A model generated the notes under the pieces. The model searched no databases, was not told the DNA's origin, and worked only from the letters and a program-made list of their open reading frames with translations. 64,000 nt of DNA from Macrostomum lignano (Eukaryota): contig NIVC01002617.1 of NCBI GenBank assembly GCA_002269645.1, positions 92,510-156,509 of the forward strand, given 5' to 3'. Position 1 is the stretch's first letter. The number at the start of each line of letters is the position of its first letter. Shown here one piece after another: positions 63,746-64,000 of the stretch. Both the position numbers and the translations under genes were made by a program.

Positions 63746-64000
63746 CTCTGTTTCTGATAGCGATGAGCTCTGTCCCCCAATTTTGGTCGGGTCTAGGTCT
63801 ATGCTAGTTTATGAATTTAGTGTACTAGGAAAAAATGCAAAGCAGCTGCTAGTTCTTAGAGCCTGTACAAGTTCCTTAGAATTAAAATGCTTTGTTTTAT
63901 ACTTATAAGCCTATGCCAAGCCTCTGTATGCCAAGTTTCATTCGTCTATTTTATAACAGCTCAAATTATTCACGTTAAAACGCTTGAATTTAATTATCTT

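Overview
This is eukaryotic (animal) genomic DNA, not prokaryotic. It has GC-rich spliced exons, AT-rich intergenic DNA, and introns filled with private minisatellites and tRNA-derived SINEs; the overall style suggests a flatworm such as Macrostomum (inference only). I rebuilt these genes by hand from GT/AG sites and reading phase: CEP89-like (+, 63-7258, probably starting before the window); a small single-exon secreted or membrane Cys-rich ORF (+, 7488-7820); a 21-exon, ~2,000-aa PMFBP1/CCDC18-like coiled-coil gene (-, 9833-29626) with an RFX X-box and an apparent 1-nt frameshift; an upstream ~300-aa coding module (-, 30247-35527) that may be its long-isoform N-terminus; WDR13 (+, 38440-48049) with a nested antisense RING/B-box/coiled-coil/NHL gene in intron 3; RALBP1 (+, 48952-56002) with a doubled Ral-binding motif; KCMF1 (-, 57226-58277); and a RING + TRAF-zinc-finger E3 (-, 60042-63745). 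Mobile DNA includes two tRNA-SINE groups, hAT and other MITEs, a LINE 3' remnant and a CCA-ended tRNA-Glu fragment. About 30 tandem arrays explain most of the long low-complexity ORFs in the supplied track. There is no CRISPR array and no rRNA. The most notable items are a covarying hairpin in the SINE core, a minisatellite made of a SINE Pol III A-box, a GT/GC tandem donor that decides whether the nested TRIM protein gets its NHL domain, and the orphan Cys-rich microprotein.
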